Below, piece after piece: positions 9,863-19,341 of a stretch of 64,000 bases of DNA; position 1 is the stretch's first letter, and each line of letters begins with the position of its first letter. The notes under the pieces are model-generated. The model saw only the letters and a program-made list of their open reading frames with translations, made no database searches and was not told the DNA's origin. Source of the stretch: Nitrospinota bacterium (GTDB lineage Bacteria; UBA8248); NCBI GenBank assembly GCA_030754595.1, contig JASLZZ010000126.1:23135-87134 (forward strand), read 5' to 3'. Both the position numbers and the translations under genes were made by a program.

Positions 9863-9975
9863 TAGAGGTCATTTCATAACCTCTTTCGCGGAATCTTCGT
9901 CCGTCAAAGGCCTTGATTTTATCGGCCTCCTCACAGGGGTGGAAACCTCGGGAATGGGTTATGAAATGACTTCTA
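9863..9975. mobile_element. MITE-like element with 17-bp terminal inverted repeats flanked by TA
   Basis: TA-GAGGTCATTTCATAACC ... GGTTATGAAATGACTTC-TA (1 mismatch), no coding capacity, intergenic. Confidence 0.6.
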
Positions 9976-9994
9976 ACCTAGACGAAACCTCCCC

Positions 9995-11662
9995 TTATCC
10001 CGTCCACGCGCCGGGAGAGATGGCCTCCATCTCGGTCATGATCTCGACCACGGCGGGGCGATCCGCCGCGAGCGCCTTCTCCATCGCGGGCGCGATCTCC
10101 TCGGGCCGCTCGACGCGGATTCCCAGCGCACCCATCTCCTCGGCGATCCGCGAGAGATTCGGCTGGGTGAACTTCCACATCGTCCCCCACTGATCGGAGG
10201 GCTTCCCGTCGTAAGCCCTGGTGTAGACGTTGATCTCCTGGTTCATCGAGTTGTTGTTGTTCACGACGGTGACCGAGTTGATGCCGAAGCGAACGGCGGT
10301 CTCGACCTCCTGCATGTGGTACCAATAGCCCCCGTCACCGGTGAAGCAGACCACCGGCCGGTCCGGGAAGGCGCACTTCGCCCCGAGCGAGGCTGGAAAA
10401 CCCCAGCCCAGCGAGCCGGCGCAGCGGATGGAATCCCATTTCGACGAATTCATCCAGAGCTGCTGAGAGATCCACATCGCCGAGTGACCGGTGTCCGATA
10501 CGAGGAGGACATCCTCGGGCAGACAGGCGCCAAGCTCCCTGAGCACCCGCTCGGGGCGCATCGGCGTGTCGCCCGAGTTCCGGTGGGGTTCGATCTCGGC
10601 CCGCCAGCCGGCCACGAGCCCCTGGACCTCGCCCACCCAGGCCCCCGTCTCTCTCTTATTCACGGCGGCGGTCAGCGCCTCGAGCGTCACCTTGGCGTCC
10701 CCGAGGATCGAGGCCGAGTTCGGATAGTTGCGCCCGAGGTCGGCCGCGTCGATCCCGATCTGGATGACCTCGGCGCCCTCCCGCGGCAGGCGCCAGAAGT
10801 GGGTGACCTGCCCGCCCGTCTCGGATCCCACGAAGAGCACGAGATCGGCCCTGAGCATCACCTGGTTCGAGCAGCTTCTCGAATAGGTCCCCGGAACGCC
10901 GAAGTAGAGCGGGTGATCCTCGGGCACCAGCGAGTACGCCCCTGTCGAGGTGGCGAGCGGCGCCTGAAGCTTTTCGGCCAGGGCGATGACCTCGGCCCCC
11001 GCTCCCGAGGTCCGCGTCCCGCCACCCACGATGATCACCGGCCGCTGGGCCGCCTGAAGGCGCTCGGCGGCGCGCTCGACATCCGCAGGATCCGGCCGGG
11101 GCCGGTAGGGGGGAATCCGAGTGTGGCGCTCCTCGACGATCATCTCGTGGTCGATCACGTCCCGCTCGATCTCGCCGTGGTTTCCATAAAACTGAAGGTT
11201 CACCGGCCCCGGCGTGCCCGAAGTCGCATCGCGGAAGGCCTGGCGCAGCAGGTCGGGAATTCGCCCGGCCTCGTCCACCTGATAGTTCGCCTTCGTGGTC
11301 GGCTCGAACATCGGAAAGTCGTCGATCTCCTGGTAAGGGAGCTTGTATTTGGAGTTACCGAAGCGGCCCCCGATGAGGGAGATGACCGGGCTGTGCGACA
11401 TGTAGGCGTCGCGGAGCCCGGCGGCGAGGTTGCTCGCGCCGATGGTCTGCGCCCCGCACACCCCCGGCTTGCCCGAGGCGCGGGCGTAGCCGTCGGCCAT
11501 GTAGGCGGCGGCTTTTTCACCGTGCGTCATTATCCGCCTGATCGGGTAGTCGTCCATCAGCGCCAGCGTATGGCTCAGCACCGAGGGCATGAAAAAAAAC
11601 GTATCCACTTTGTAGGCCGTCATGAATTCGCATATGTAGCGCGCACCCGACATTTCCGACAT
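9995..11662 (-). CDS. thiamine-diphosphate-dependent enzyme (acetolactate synthase-like family)
   Basis: HGEKAAAYMADG, GPV, GSLGWG, GDGG...NNN ThDP motif. Confidence 0.92.
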   Translation of the reverse strand: MSEMSGARYICEFMTAYKVDTFFFMPSVLSHTLALMDDYPIRRIMTHGEKAAAYMADGYARASGKPGVCGAQTIGASNLAAGLRDAYMSHSPVISLIGGRFGNSKYKLPYQEIDDFPMFEPTTKANYQVDEAGRIPDLLRQAFRDATSGTPGPVNLQFYGNHGEIERDVIDHEMIVEERHTRIPPYRPRPDPADVERAAERLQAAQRPVIIVGGGTRTSGAGAEVIALAEKLQAPLATSTGAYSLVPEDHPLYFGVPGTYSRSCSNQVMLRADLVLFVGSETGGQVTHFWRLPREGAEVIQIGIDAADLGRNYPNSASILGDAKVTLEALTAAVNKRETGAWVGEVQGLVAGWRAEIEPHRNSGDTPMRPERVLRELGACLPEDVLLVSDTGHSAMWISQQLWMNSSKWDSIRCAGSLGWGFPASLGAKCAFPDRPVVCFTGDGGYWYHMQEVETAVRFGINSVTVVNNNNSMNQEINVYTRAYDGKPSDQWGTMWKFTQPNLSRIAEEMGALGIRVERPEEIAPAMEKALAADRPAVVEIMTEMEAISPGAWTG

Positions 11663-11865
11663 CGATCAATCCTCGTTGGTGACTCCCCGGCGAAGAAACC
11701 CCGGCCGGAGAAAGTAAAAAGACTAAAAGATTTTAAGTTAAGGAAATTATCCGCCCCCTCCGGCGATTCGTCCACCGCCGGGGAGGGGTCTGGCCCGGCC
11801 CGCGTCTATGGTAAAGTGCGGCCTGAAGGATTCACCGGAGATCTCACTCCCGAGGGGGGCCGCTC

Positions 11866-12264
11866 ATGCGCTATCTGGTTCGAGCGTTCGTGAAAAAAGG
11901 AAGGGAGCGGGCGCTGCTCGAGGCGGTCGAGTCGGGCGCACTCGGGCGCGGCTCCATCGCCTATCCCACCTACCTCAAATGCATGAAGAGCGCGCGGTTA
12001 CTCGATTCGGGCCAGGTGCGATGGATCGAACCTTGCTACTGCCGGGAGGCGTTCGGCCCCGGCGGAGAGCTCCTCGAGGAGCTTCCCTACTGGCGGGAGT
12101 ATTTCGAGGAGATCGACATTCGCTACACGACGACGCTCGAAAAGTGCGAGGGCTACCCCAACTGCGGGGACTGCGACTGCACCGAAAAGCTCGAAGCCAA
12201 ACTCGCCCGCACCGGCCGCCGCTTTTTCACGGCCCTCAGAGAAATGGTCAATATCCCCGCTTAG
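11866..12264 (+). CDS. hypothetical Cys-rich protein
   Basis: GAGGGGG RBS, coding-like codon usage, CYC and Cx5CxxCxC motifs. Confidence 0.7.
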   Translation: MRYLVRAFVKKGRERALLEAVESGALGRGSIAYPTYLKCMKSARLLDSGQVRWIEPCYCREAFGPGGELLEELPYWREYFEEIDIRYTTTLEKCEGYPNCGDCDCTEKLEAKLARTGRRFFTALREMVNIPA

Positions 12265-13295
12265 CCGTCCGCCTCATCTTCTGTTTCCGTTTTTTCCCGC
12301 TCCGCCAGGAACGACTCCGAACGGCCCCAGAGCTTGGCCAGCTTCCAGCGGTCGTGGAGCCAGAAATACTGATCCGGCCTCTGGCGGATGAAACCCTCGA
12401 TCTCCCGGTTGACAGCCGCAGTCAGGCGCTCGATCTCCCCGACCGAGTCCGCGTCGGTGTCTGGGTGAATCGGGTCGCTGAGAAGCACTTCATACTCCCG
12501 CCCGCCCGGTTTTCTCAGGCAGGCGACCACCATGATCGGCCGCCCGAAGGTGATGGCCAGCGCCGCCGGGCCCGTCGTCGTGCTCGCGGGCTTCCCGAAA
12601 AACGGAACGTCGATTCCCTTCATCCCGGCGTGTTGATCCGCCAGCAGGCCCACCGACCTTCCCTTGCGGAGCGCTGTGCGGAGGTGGAACAGCGCGTTTC
12701 GTTTGGCGAGAATTTCCTGGCCCGAGCCCGAGCGCATCTCGAAAAGATGTTTCTCTAGCCAGGGGTTGTCGAGCGGCCGGACGACTATCGTCACCGGAAT
12801 ACTGGCGAGAGTGGCCCCGTGGGCGATCAGCTCCCAGTTGCCCAGATGAGGAACCACGAAAATGCACCCGCCCGCCTCGTCGTGAAGACGGCGGGCCCGG
12901 GCGAAGATATCATCCACCCCCTCGACCATCCGGCGGACATCGGCCTCGGCGCTCTCGAGGCGGAAGCGATAGAGATACTTCACGCTCTCGAGGCCGGTCA
13001 GAGCGAACGAGCGGCAGCTCGCCCGCGCCATCTGCGCCCGCTCGTCTCCGCTCAGTCCGGGAAAGGCGATCCCCAGGTTGGTCAGGAGAATTTTCCGGCG
13101 GCGCGGGGCGAGCGTGTAGATGGCCGATCCCGCCAGGGAGGCGGCGCCCCCGCACAGCCAAAGCGGCATCCAGCGGACCAGGGAAAGGATCGCGTAGACG
13201 AGAAGGAACTCTGCGTTTTGCCGGAGAGGGCTTTTGTCCTTGCTGCGGCGGCGTTTTTTGCGGGGGTTGGAGGCCCGCGCTGGAGACGGGCTCAC
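12261..13295 (-). CDS. LpxL/HtrB-family (lipid A late) acyltransferase
   Basis: N-terminal TM, NLGIAFP, HLGNWE, LADQ, FFG, PDQYFWLHDRWK. Confidence 0.9.
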   Translation of the reverse strand: MSPSPARASNPRKKRRRSKDKSPLRQNAEFLLVYAILSLVRWMPLWLCGGAASLAGSAIYTLAPRRRKILLTNLGIAFPGLSGDERAQMARASCRSFALTGLESVKYLYRFRLESAEADVRRMVEGVDDIFARARRLHDEAGGCIFVVPHLGNWELIAHGATLASIPVTIVVRPLDNPWLEKHLFEMRSGSGQEILAKRNALFHLRTALRKGRSVGLLADQHAGMKGIDVPFFGKPASTTTGPAALAITFGRPIMVVACLRKPGGREYEVLLSDPIHPDTDADSVGEIERLTAAVNREIEGFIRQRPDQYFWLHDRWKLAKLWGRSESFLAEREKTETEDEADG

Positions 13296-14623
13296 GGCGC
13301 CGAAAGGAGGGTGGCCGACGACTGGCCGCCGAGGCCGTGGCTCAGCGAAAGAAAAGTATTTCCCCGAATCCCGCGCTCCTCCGCCGGGATATCGAGAACC
13401 TGAAACTCCTTTTCGGCCCGCTCGAACCCCGGAGCCGGCGGAAGCGCACCCTCCTCAAGGGCGCGCAGACCGAGGATCATCTCGCCGATGTCGCTCGCCG
13501 AGCCCATATGGCCGGTGTATGGCTTCCAGGGCGCAATGGGAACCTTTTCGACTTCGACTTCTACCCCGGCAGCGGCTCCGGCCTCGGCGTTTCCGAGAAA
13601 CGCCTTGAGCGCCCGCATCTCCATGCGGTCGCCTTTTTTGGTCCCGCTCCCATGGGGCAGGATGAAAGAAACCTCCCCGGCCGCCACGCCACCCTCCGCC
13701 ACCGCCGAGCGGCAGGCCCTGGCCGCTGCTGTGAGAGGAACCGAGACATGCGCGCCCGAGGTGACTTCCTGAAAATTCCCGGTCCCCAGAATTCGTCCGA
13801 TGGGGCGCGCCCCGCGCGCGCGCGCGGCGTCCGCCGCCTCGATCACAAGCGCCGCCGCCCCCTCGGCCGGGAAAAAACCGTCCCTCCGGCGGTCGAAGGG
13901 GCGGAACGACTCGGCTCCGTCGAGGGCGCGGGAGAGAATCCCCAAGCCGTCCAGCTCAAAGCGGATCAGGGCGCTGATCCAGCAGCCGCAGCCCACCACG
14001 AGGCCGAAATCCGCCTTTCCCCACCGAAGGGCCCGGTCGCAGGCCTCCAGCGCCTGCGCCCCGCACGAGGAAAGGCTCGAGAGACTTCCGTTCGTGCCCA
14101 TGATTTCGTAGCTGGCCGAGAGGTAGCTGAACAAATTGTTCGCCAGCCCCTCGAGCAGATAAAAAGGGTTCACCTGGTGAAGGGCCAACTCGTTCAGCGC
14201 CTCGGCGTCGGGCGGCGCCCAGCCGGGCCCGGCCACCTCGGCGATGGACGAGTAAAAATCGAGATATTCGAGCCGGGTAAAATCCCCCGAGCCGATGTAG
14301 AGGGACTTCCTCTCGGGCGGCAGGGCGGCGAAGTCCACGCCCGCGCTCTCAATCGCCTCGCGGGCGGCGTGAAGCCCGAGGATGGAGGAGCGGTTCAGGA
14401 ACTTTCGCTGGCTCGCCAGCTTCGGCGGAACCTCGGGCGGATTGTCGCACCCGTCCACCGTGCCGAAGTAGAGAAAGTTCTCGGGAAAAGGGGCCTCCGC
14501 TTGTTGAGGCTGGCGCTCGATCCCCCGCCGCCCCGCGCGGACCGCCGCCCAGTTCTCATCGACCCCGGCCCCGAGCGGGGTGAGCATCCCCGCGCCCGTG
14601 ATCCAGACCTCCCTGACTTCCAT
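13292..14623 (-). CDS. ketosynthase-like protein with active-site Cys replaced by Ser
   Basis: ITGAGMLTPLG, RPFDRRRDG, EGAA, HGSGT, KPYTGH, GLGGQ; GTNGSLSSLSSCGAQAL at the TAC position. Confidence 0.85.
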   Translation of the reverse strand: MEVREVWITGAGMLTPLGAGVDENWAAVRAGRRGIERQPQQAEAPFPENFLYFGTVDGCDNPPEVPPKLASQRKFLNRSSILGLHAAREAIESAGVDFAALPPERKSLYIGSGDFTRLEYLDFYSSIAEVAGPGWAPPDAEALNELALHQVNPFYLLEGLANNLFSYLSASYEIMGTNGSLSSLSSCGAQALEACDRALRWGKADFGLVVGCGCWISALIRFELDGLGILSRALDGAESFRPFDRRRDGFFPAEGAAALVIEAADAARARGARPIGRILGTGNFQEVTSGAHVSVPLTAAARACRSAVAEGGVAAGEVSFILPHGSGTKKGDRMEMRALKAFLGNAEAGAAAGVEVEVEKVPIAPWKPYTGHMGSASDIGEMILGLRALEEGALPPAPGFERAEKEFQVLDIPAEERGIRGNTFLSLSHGLGGQSSATLLSAP

Positions 14624-14636
14624 CGCGCCTTCCGAT

Positions 14637-15089
14637 CTACGAGATTTCGACGTCGCGGGTGAGGACGCGGAAAAGGTGCGCCTGCTCCTCGGGGTCCTCG
14701 TAGTCCTTGAGGCCCACCACCCGTCCCGAAAATTCGACGGCCACCTTGCGCTCGCCGCTCACCGAGGCGGCGCCCTTGTAAAGGCTCCGGCCCTCCTCCT
14801 CGCCTACGGCCTCGACCCGAAGTTCGATCTGATCGCCCGGCAGGGCGAAGCCGTAGTATTTAATCGTCTCGACCCGCTCGAGTAGGAACCAGCGCCCGCA
14901 CTCCGAGCCCGCCGCCTCGAGCCACCCCGAAAGCTGGACCAGCGCCTCGAGGATCATCGAGCCGGGCATCACCGGAAACCGGGGAAAATGATACTCGAGG
15001 AAATCCTCGCTCATGGTGACGTTCTTGACGCCCTCCATGGACACCCCGCTCTCCCATGAGGTCACTCGGTCAACCAGCAAATAGCGCAT
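14637..15089 (-). CDS. FabZ-like 3-hydroxyacyl-ACP dehydratase
   Basis: LLVDRV, KNVT, HFPRFPVMPGSMILEA. Confidence 0.88.
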   Translation of the reverse strand: MRYLLVDRVTSWESGVSMEGVKNVTMSEDFLEYHFPRFPVMPGSMILEALVQLSGWLEAAGSECGRWFLLERVETIKYYGFALPGDQIELRVEAVGEEEGRSLYKGAASVSGERKVAVEFSGRVVGLKDYEDPEEQAHLFRVLTRDVEIS

Positions 15090-15105
15090 TCGCCGTCTCT
15101 CCCAT

Positions 15106-15531
15106 TTATTCCCCCGTCTCTCCGGCCTCACCCTCGCCGGCCACGCCCTCGCCCAGGAACATCACCGAGGCGACGGCGTAATTGTCGGCGTGGCTGATCG
15201 AAACCGTCGTCTGGCCTATCTTCAGCCGCCGGGCCATCTTCTCCATCGACCCGTGGAGCCGGAGGACCGGCTTGCCCGAGGGGGCGGACTCCACCTCGAC
15301 CTCCCGGAACCGGCCGGTGGCCCCGAAGCCGCCCATGCCCACCCCGAAGGCCTTCAGGCAGGCCTCCTTCGCCGCAAACCGCCCGGCCAGGTGGGGATAG
15401 GGATCGGGCCGGGAGTTGCAGTACCCGAGCTCCGCCTCGGTGTAGATGTCCTGCCCGAAGGCCTCTTGGCGATCAAAGGCCGCCTTGAGCCGGTCGATTT
15501 CGACGAGGTCGATCCCCTGGTACAAACGCAC
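15106..15531 (-). CDS. acpS: holo-ACP synthase (4'-phosphopantetheinyl transferase)
   Basis: GIDLVEI, AGRFAAKEACLKA, GKP, SISH motifs. Confidence 0.93.
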   Translation of the reverse strand: MRLYQGIDLVEIDRLKAAFDRQEAFGQDIYTEAELGYCNSRPDPYPHLAGRFAAKEACLKAFGVGMGGFGATGRFREVEVESAPSGKPVLRLHGSMEKMARRLKIGQTTVSISHADNYAVASVMFLGEGVAGEGEAGETGE

Positions 15532-15547
15532 GCGCGCCCTCCCGGTC

Positions 15548-16300
15548 TCAGCCGATGTGCATCCCGCCGTCCACGGTGATGGCCTCGCCGTTGATGTAGT
15601 CCGCCGCCGGGGAGGCGAGAAACACCACGACCCCGGCGATGTCCCCCGGCTGGCCGAACCGCTTCGAGGGGATGCGCTCCATGATCCGGTCGCCGGCGCG
15701 TTTACGGACGACCTCGCTCATGTCAGTTTCGATCATTCCGGGCAGAACGGCGTTGAAGCGCAGGCCGCGCCCGCTCATCTCAGCCGCGCAAGCGCGCGTA
15801 AAAGAAATAACCCCGGCCTTGGCGGCGGCGTAGTTCGTCTGGCCCCCGCCGCCCATGACTCCGATGATCGAGGAGATGTTGATCACACACCCCGTCCGCG
15901 CGCGCATCATGATCTCCGCCGCCGCCTTGGTGCAGTTGTAGACGCCGTTCAGGCTCACGCCGATGACCTTGTCCCAGTCGGCGGGCTTCATCCTCAAGAG
16001 GAGGGTGTCCTTGATGACGCCCGCGTTGTTCACCAGGATATCCAGCGTACCGAAATCCTCCTTGACCGATTCGAACATCGCGCCGACCTGCTCGAAGGAG
16101 GAGACGTCGGCCTGATAAGTCTCGGCGCGCCCTCCGGCCCCCTCGATTTCGGCCTTCACCTCGCCCGCCGCAATCTCCGACGCGCTGTAGTTGATCGCCA
16201 CAGCCGCGCCCGACTCCGCCAGCGCGAGAGAGCAAGCGCGGCCGATGCCGCGGCCCCCGCCGGTGACCAGTGCCACTTTTCCGCTTAGATCGATGTTCAT
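15548..16300 (-). CDS. fabG: 3-oxoacyl-ACP reductase (FabG-like SDR)
   Basis: [28 protein letters not shown]. Confidence 0.88.
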   Translation of the reverse strand: MNIDLSGKVALVTGGGRGIGRACSLALAESGAAVAINYSASEIAAGEVKAEIEGAGGRAETYQADVSSFEQVGAMFESVKEDFGTLDILVNNAGVIKDTLLLRMKPADWDKVIGVSLNGVYNCTKAAAEIMMRARTGCVINISSIIGVMGGGGQTNYAAAKAGVISFTRACAAEMSGRGLRFNAVLPGMIETDMSEVVRKRAGDRIMERIPSKRFGQPGDIAGVVVFLASPAADYINGEAITVDGGMHIG

Positions 16301-17572
16301 CTATGCCGCCTTTCCGACAACGAGGGTCGCGTTTTGTCCGCCAAAGCCAAACGAGTTTGAGATCGCCGCTGGAACAGGCATCCTGCGCGACTCGTTCGGA
16401 ACATAATCCAGATCGCACCGGCGGTCGGGGTTTTCGAGATTCCGCGTGGGGTGCACCTCATCGCGCGCCACGCTCAGCGCCGTGAAAATGAGCTCGGGCG
16501 CCCCGCAGGCCGCGATCAGATGGCCGATCATCGACTTCGATGAACTGACGGCCAGGTCTCCGGCCGATGGGCCGAACACTTCCTTGATCGCCAGCGTCTC
16601 GGCCGGGTCGTTGAGCTTCGTTCCCGTCCCGTGGGCGTTCACATATGCGATCTCGCCGGGGGCCATCCCCGCGTCCCGGAGCGCCTCGCTCATCGACCGG
16701 GCCGCTCCCCGGCCCTTCGGGTCGGGGGCGGTCACCTGGTAGGCGTCCATGCTCGAGCCGTAGCCGCAGAGCCGGGCATGGACGCGCGCGCCCCGGCAGG
16801 CGGCGTGTTCCGCCGACTCGAGGAGGATCACCCCCGCCCCCTCGCCGACCACGAGCCCCGACCGCCTCCGATCGAAGGGCCGGCAAAGCGCCTCGGGCTC
16901 GGCGGCCGCCGTCGACGCCGCGCCGAGGAGGAGAAAAATCGCCATCCCCACCGGATGGATCATCGAGTCGGCCCCGCCGCAGAGGACGGCGTCCGCCTCC
17001 CCCCGGCGAATCGCGCGCATTCCGAGGCCAATCGCCTGCCCCGCCGCGGCGCAGGCCGAGGTCAGGGTGGCCGAGGGGCCCCGGAAGCCGGCCCACCTGG
17101 CGATCAGCGATGTGGCCCGCTCGGGCGGGTTTTGAAAATATCCCGAAGGGTGGGTCTTCTCAAGCTCCCCGGCGAATCGAACGGAGTCGAAACCCTCCCG
17201 CTCGCCGATCCAGGGGGCGAAGTCCTCGAGCCGGTAGGTGCTCAGCCCGGTTCCCATCATCACCCCTGAGCGCCGAGGGTCGGTCTCGCCCGGCGAGAGC
17301 CCCGCGTCCGCGAGGGCACTCCGGGCGGCGTCCAAGGCGAAAAGGACGCGCCGCTCACCCTCTGGGGCCAGTTCTTCGAGGAGGCGCTCGCGCAGGGATT
17401 CGATCTCACCGGCGGGCACCTCGCCGGCCCCGGCGATGGGCAGCCCGCCCGCCTCGAACGATGAGACGGGCCTCACCCCCGATTCGCCCGCGAGGGCGCG
17501 ACTCCAGGCCGTTTCGAGATCCGCCCCCAGGGCGGTCACCATGCCCATTCCGGTGATGAGAACTTCACTCAC
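16301..17572 (-). CDS. FabF-type beta-ketoacyl-ACP synthase (intact Cys-His-His)
   Basis: SACAAAG, HGTGT, KSMIGH, NSFGFGGQN; GTG start overlaps upstream stop. Confidence 0.92.
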   Translation of the reverse strand: MSEVLITGMGMVTALGADLETAWSRALAGESGVRPVSSFEAGGLPIAGAGEVPAGEIESLRERLLEELAPEGERRVLFALDAARSALADAGLSPGETDPRRSGVMMGTGLSTYRLEDFAPWIGEREGFDSVRFAGELEKTHPSGYFQNPPERATSLIARWAGFRGPSATLTSACAAAGQAIGLGMRAIRRGEADAVLCGGADSMIHPVGMAIFLLLGAASTAAAEPEALCRPFDRRRSGLVVGEGAGVILLESAEHAACRGARVHARLCGYGSSMDAYQVTAPDPKGRGAARSMSEALRDAGMAPGEIAYVNAHGTGTKLNDPAETLAIKEVFGPSAGDLAVSSSKSMIGHLIAACGAPELIFTALSVARDEVHPTRNLENPDRRCDLDYVPNESRRMPVPAAISNSFGFGGQNATLVVGKAA

Positions 17573-18030
17573 GGGGCCTCCCAATCCCACCGGGGTTCGA
17601 TCCAGCCGATATCGCGGTAAAATTTAGCAACCTCCTCGGGGTTTTTCTCCTTGAAGTGCGGAAAGACAAAGCGCTCGGCGCTCGCTATCCGCTCCCCGTC
17701 CCGCTCCACCCAGGCCCGGCAATCGCTCCACCGCCGGCCGGTGTCCACGATCTCCCCGTGAAGCTCCACCGTCGCCCCCGCGCGGAGGTCGGCGGGAACC
17801 TCGAGATTGTTGATGAGCGATATCACGCAGGAGGTCTCACACTTGTGGGTATAAACCACGAGCCAGCCCGTGATCTGGGACATGGCCTCGACCAGGATCG
17901 AGCCCGGAATCAGCGGCGCCCTCGAGAAATGCTTATTGAGGTAGGCCTCCGACAACGGAAACGTCTTTACGGCGCGAATGCGATTTCCGCTTTCGAGCTC
18001 GATGATGCGGTCAAAGTAGAGAAACCGCAT
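17569..18030 (-). CDS. second FabZ/FabA-like dehydratase
   Basis: FLYFDRI, HFSRAPLIPGSILVEAMSQ; AGAGGAG RBS. Confidence 0.82.
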   Translation of the reverse strand: MRFLYFDRIIELESGNRIRAVKTFPLSEAYLNKHFSRAPLIPGSILVEAMSQITGWLVVYTHKCETSCVISLINNLEVPADLRAGATVELHGEIVDTGRRWSDCRAWVERDGERIASAERFVFPHFKEKNPEEVAKFYRDIGWIEPRWDWEAP

Positions 18031-18123
18031 GGCTTTGTCTCCTCTTGAAACAATCATCAAGTTGCATGCAATGACTCAAGCCGTATGCAAAGCGCGGTAT
18101 GCAAATGCGCCGCACGCAGTGCC

Positions 18124-19338
18124 TCAGGCTGGGCCGACGGCGAACGCCGCGCAGGCGCCGTCAAACCCCTGCACCAAGACCAGCCCGGCCTCGAGGCGGG
18201 CGGCCTTCGGGCGGTCCGGAAACTCGAGAACATCCCCGCCCGAATTTCCCGCACCCGGGCTCGGCGGGACGGCACCCTCGGCCATCGCCCTCAGCGCGAT
18301 GAGCAGATCCACCGCCGGCCCGCCCCCCAAAAGGTGGCCGAAGGCGCCCTTGGTCGCAAGAGCGAGGGGGCGGTGGCCGCCTAAAACGGCCGCGATCCCC
18401 TCGGCCTCGGCTTCGCCCTCCTCAACGCTTCCGCCGCCGTGGACTACCACCAGCCCCACCCGGCCGGGCCCGATTTCAGCCCTTTGAAGCGCGGCGGCGG
18501 CCGAATCCCGAACCGCTCCGGCCAGATCGCCGGGTTCGTCTCCGGCTGTGGCGCGTCCCCATCCTCTTATATAGCCGAGGCGGGGCTTCCCGCCCGCCAC
18601 GCCCTCGGGTTCCAGCAACAAAGAGGCGGCTCCCTCGCCCAGGGCGGGGCCTCCATCCGGGGCGGCGTCCGGCTTCAACAGCCCCCGCTTCCGGTAGCGG
18701 GCCACCGACCTGACCGACACCGTCGGGCTGACCCCGGCGGCCAGGGCGGCGCGCGCCTTGCCCTCGCGAAGGGATTCGGCCGCCTCGATCACCGCCTGGG
18801 CGGCCGCCTCGGCCCCCGGGCTGAAGAGACCGTTCTCTCCCCTCAGGCCGAACTGAATCGCCACCTGGCAAAACGCTGTGGAGTTGAGCATCCCGAGCGG
18901 CCAGAGCGGAGGAATCTGGGTCATCCCCTCATTGAAAAACCGCCCCAAGTCCACGCCGCCACCTTCCACACGCGAGGCCTGGACGGCGGAGACGAAATCC
19001 GCCTCTCCGGGGTCCACCGAATCCATCCCGGCGAAAAAAGCCATCTCCTCGCCGGCGAGCCCGGCCGCATTTCCTCCGGCTTCAGCGAGGGCGTCCGAAA
19101 CCGCCGCGAGGAGCATATGGGTGTGCCGCCCCATGAGGCGGGCGGCGCGGCGATCCGCCCCCAGCATTTCCGGGCCGGGCGGGGCGCAACGCGCCGTCTC
19201 GATGGAAGAGAACCCGGCCAGTTCATCGTCGGGGGCGAGGAAACTTCTCCCTGCGCGGAGCGCCTCCCAGGCGGCGTCCAGACCCCTTCCCGCCGCCGTG
19301 ACGATCCCCCCCCCGGTGACGGCGAGAGCGGCGGGCAT
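18124..19338 (-). CDS. ketosynthase-like protein lacking the catalytic Cys (chain-length-factor-like)
   Basis: KS-fold motifs (GEGAA, HGGG, KGAFGH) but GENGLFSPGAEAAAQAV at the TAC position and no PFD motif. Confidence 0.8.
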   Translation of the reverse strand: MPAALAVTGGGIVTAAGRGLDAAWEALRAGRSFLAPDDELAGFSSIETARCAPPGPEMLGADRRAARLMGRHTHMLLAAVSDALAEAGGNAAGLAGEEMAFFAGMDSVDPGEADFVSAVQASRVEGGGVDLGRFFNEGMTQIPPLWPLGMLNSTAFCQVAIQFGLRGENGLFSPGAEAAAQAVIEAAESLREGKARAALAAGVSPTVSVRSVARYRKRGLLKPDAAPDGGPALGEGAASLLLEPEGVAGGKPRLGYIRGWGRATAGDEPGDLAGAVRDSAAAALQRAEIGPGRVGLVVVHGGGSVEEGEAEAEGIAAVLGGHRPLALATKGAFGHLLGGGPAVDLLIALRAMAEGAVPPSPGAGNSGGDVLEFPDRPKAARLEAGLVLVQGFDGACAAFAVGPA

Positions 19339-19341
19339 CGG

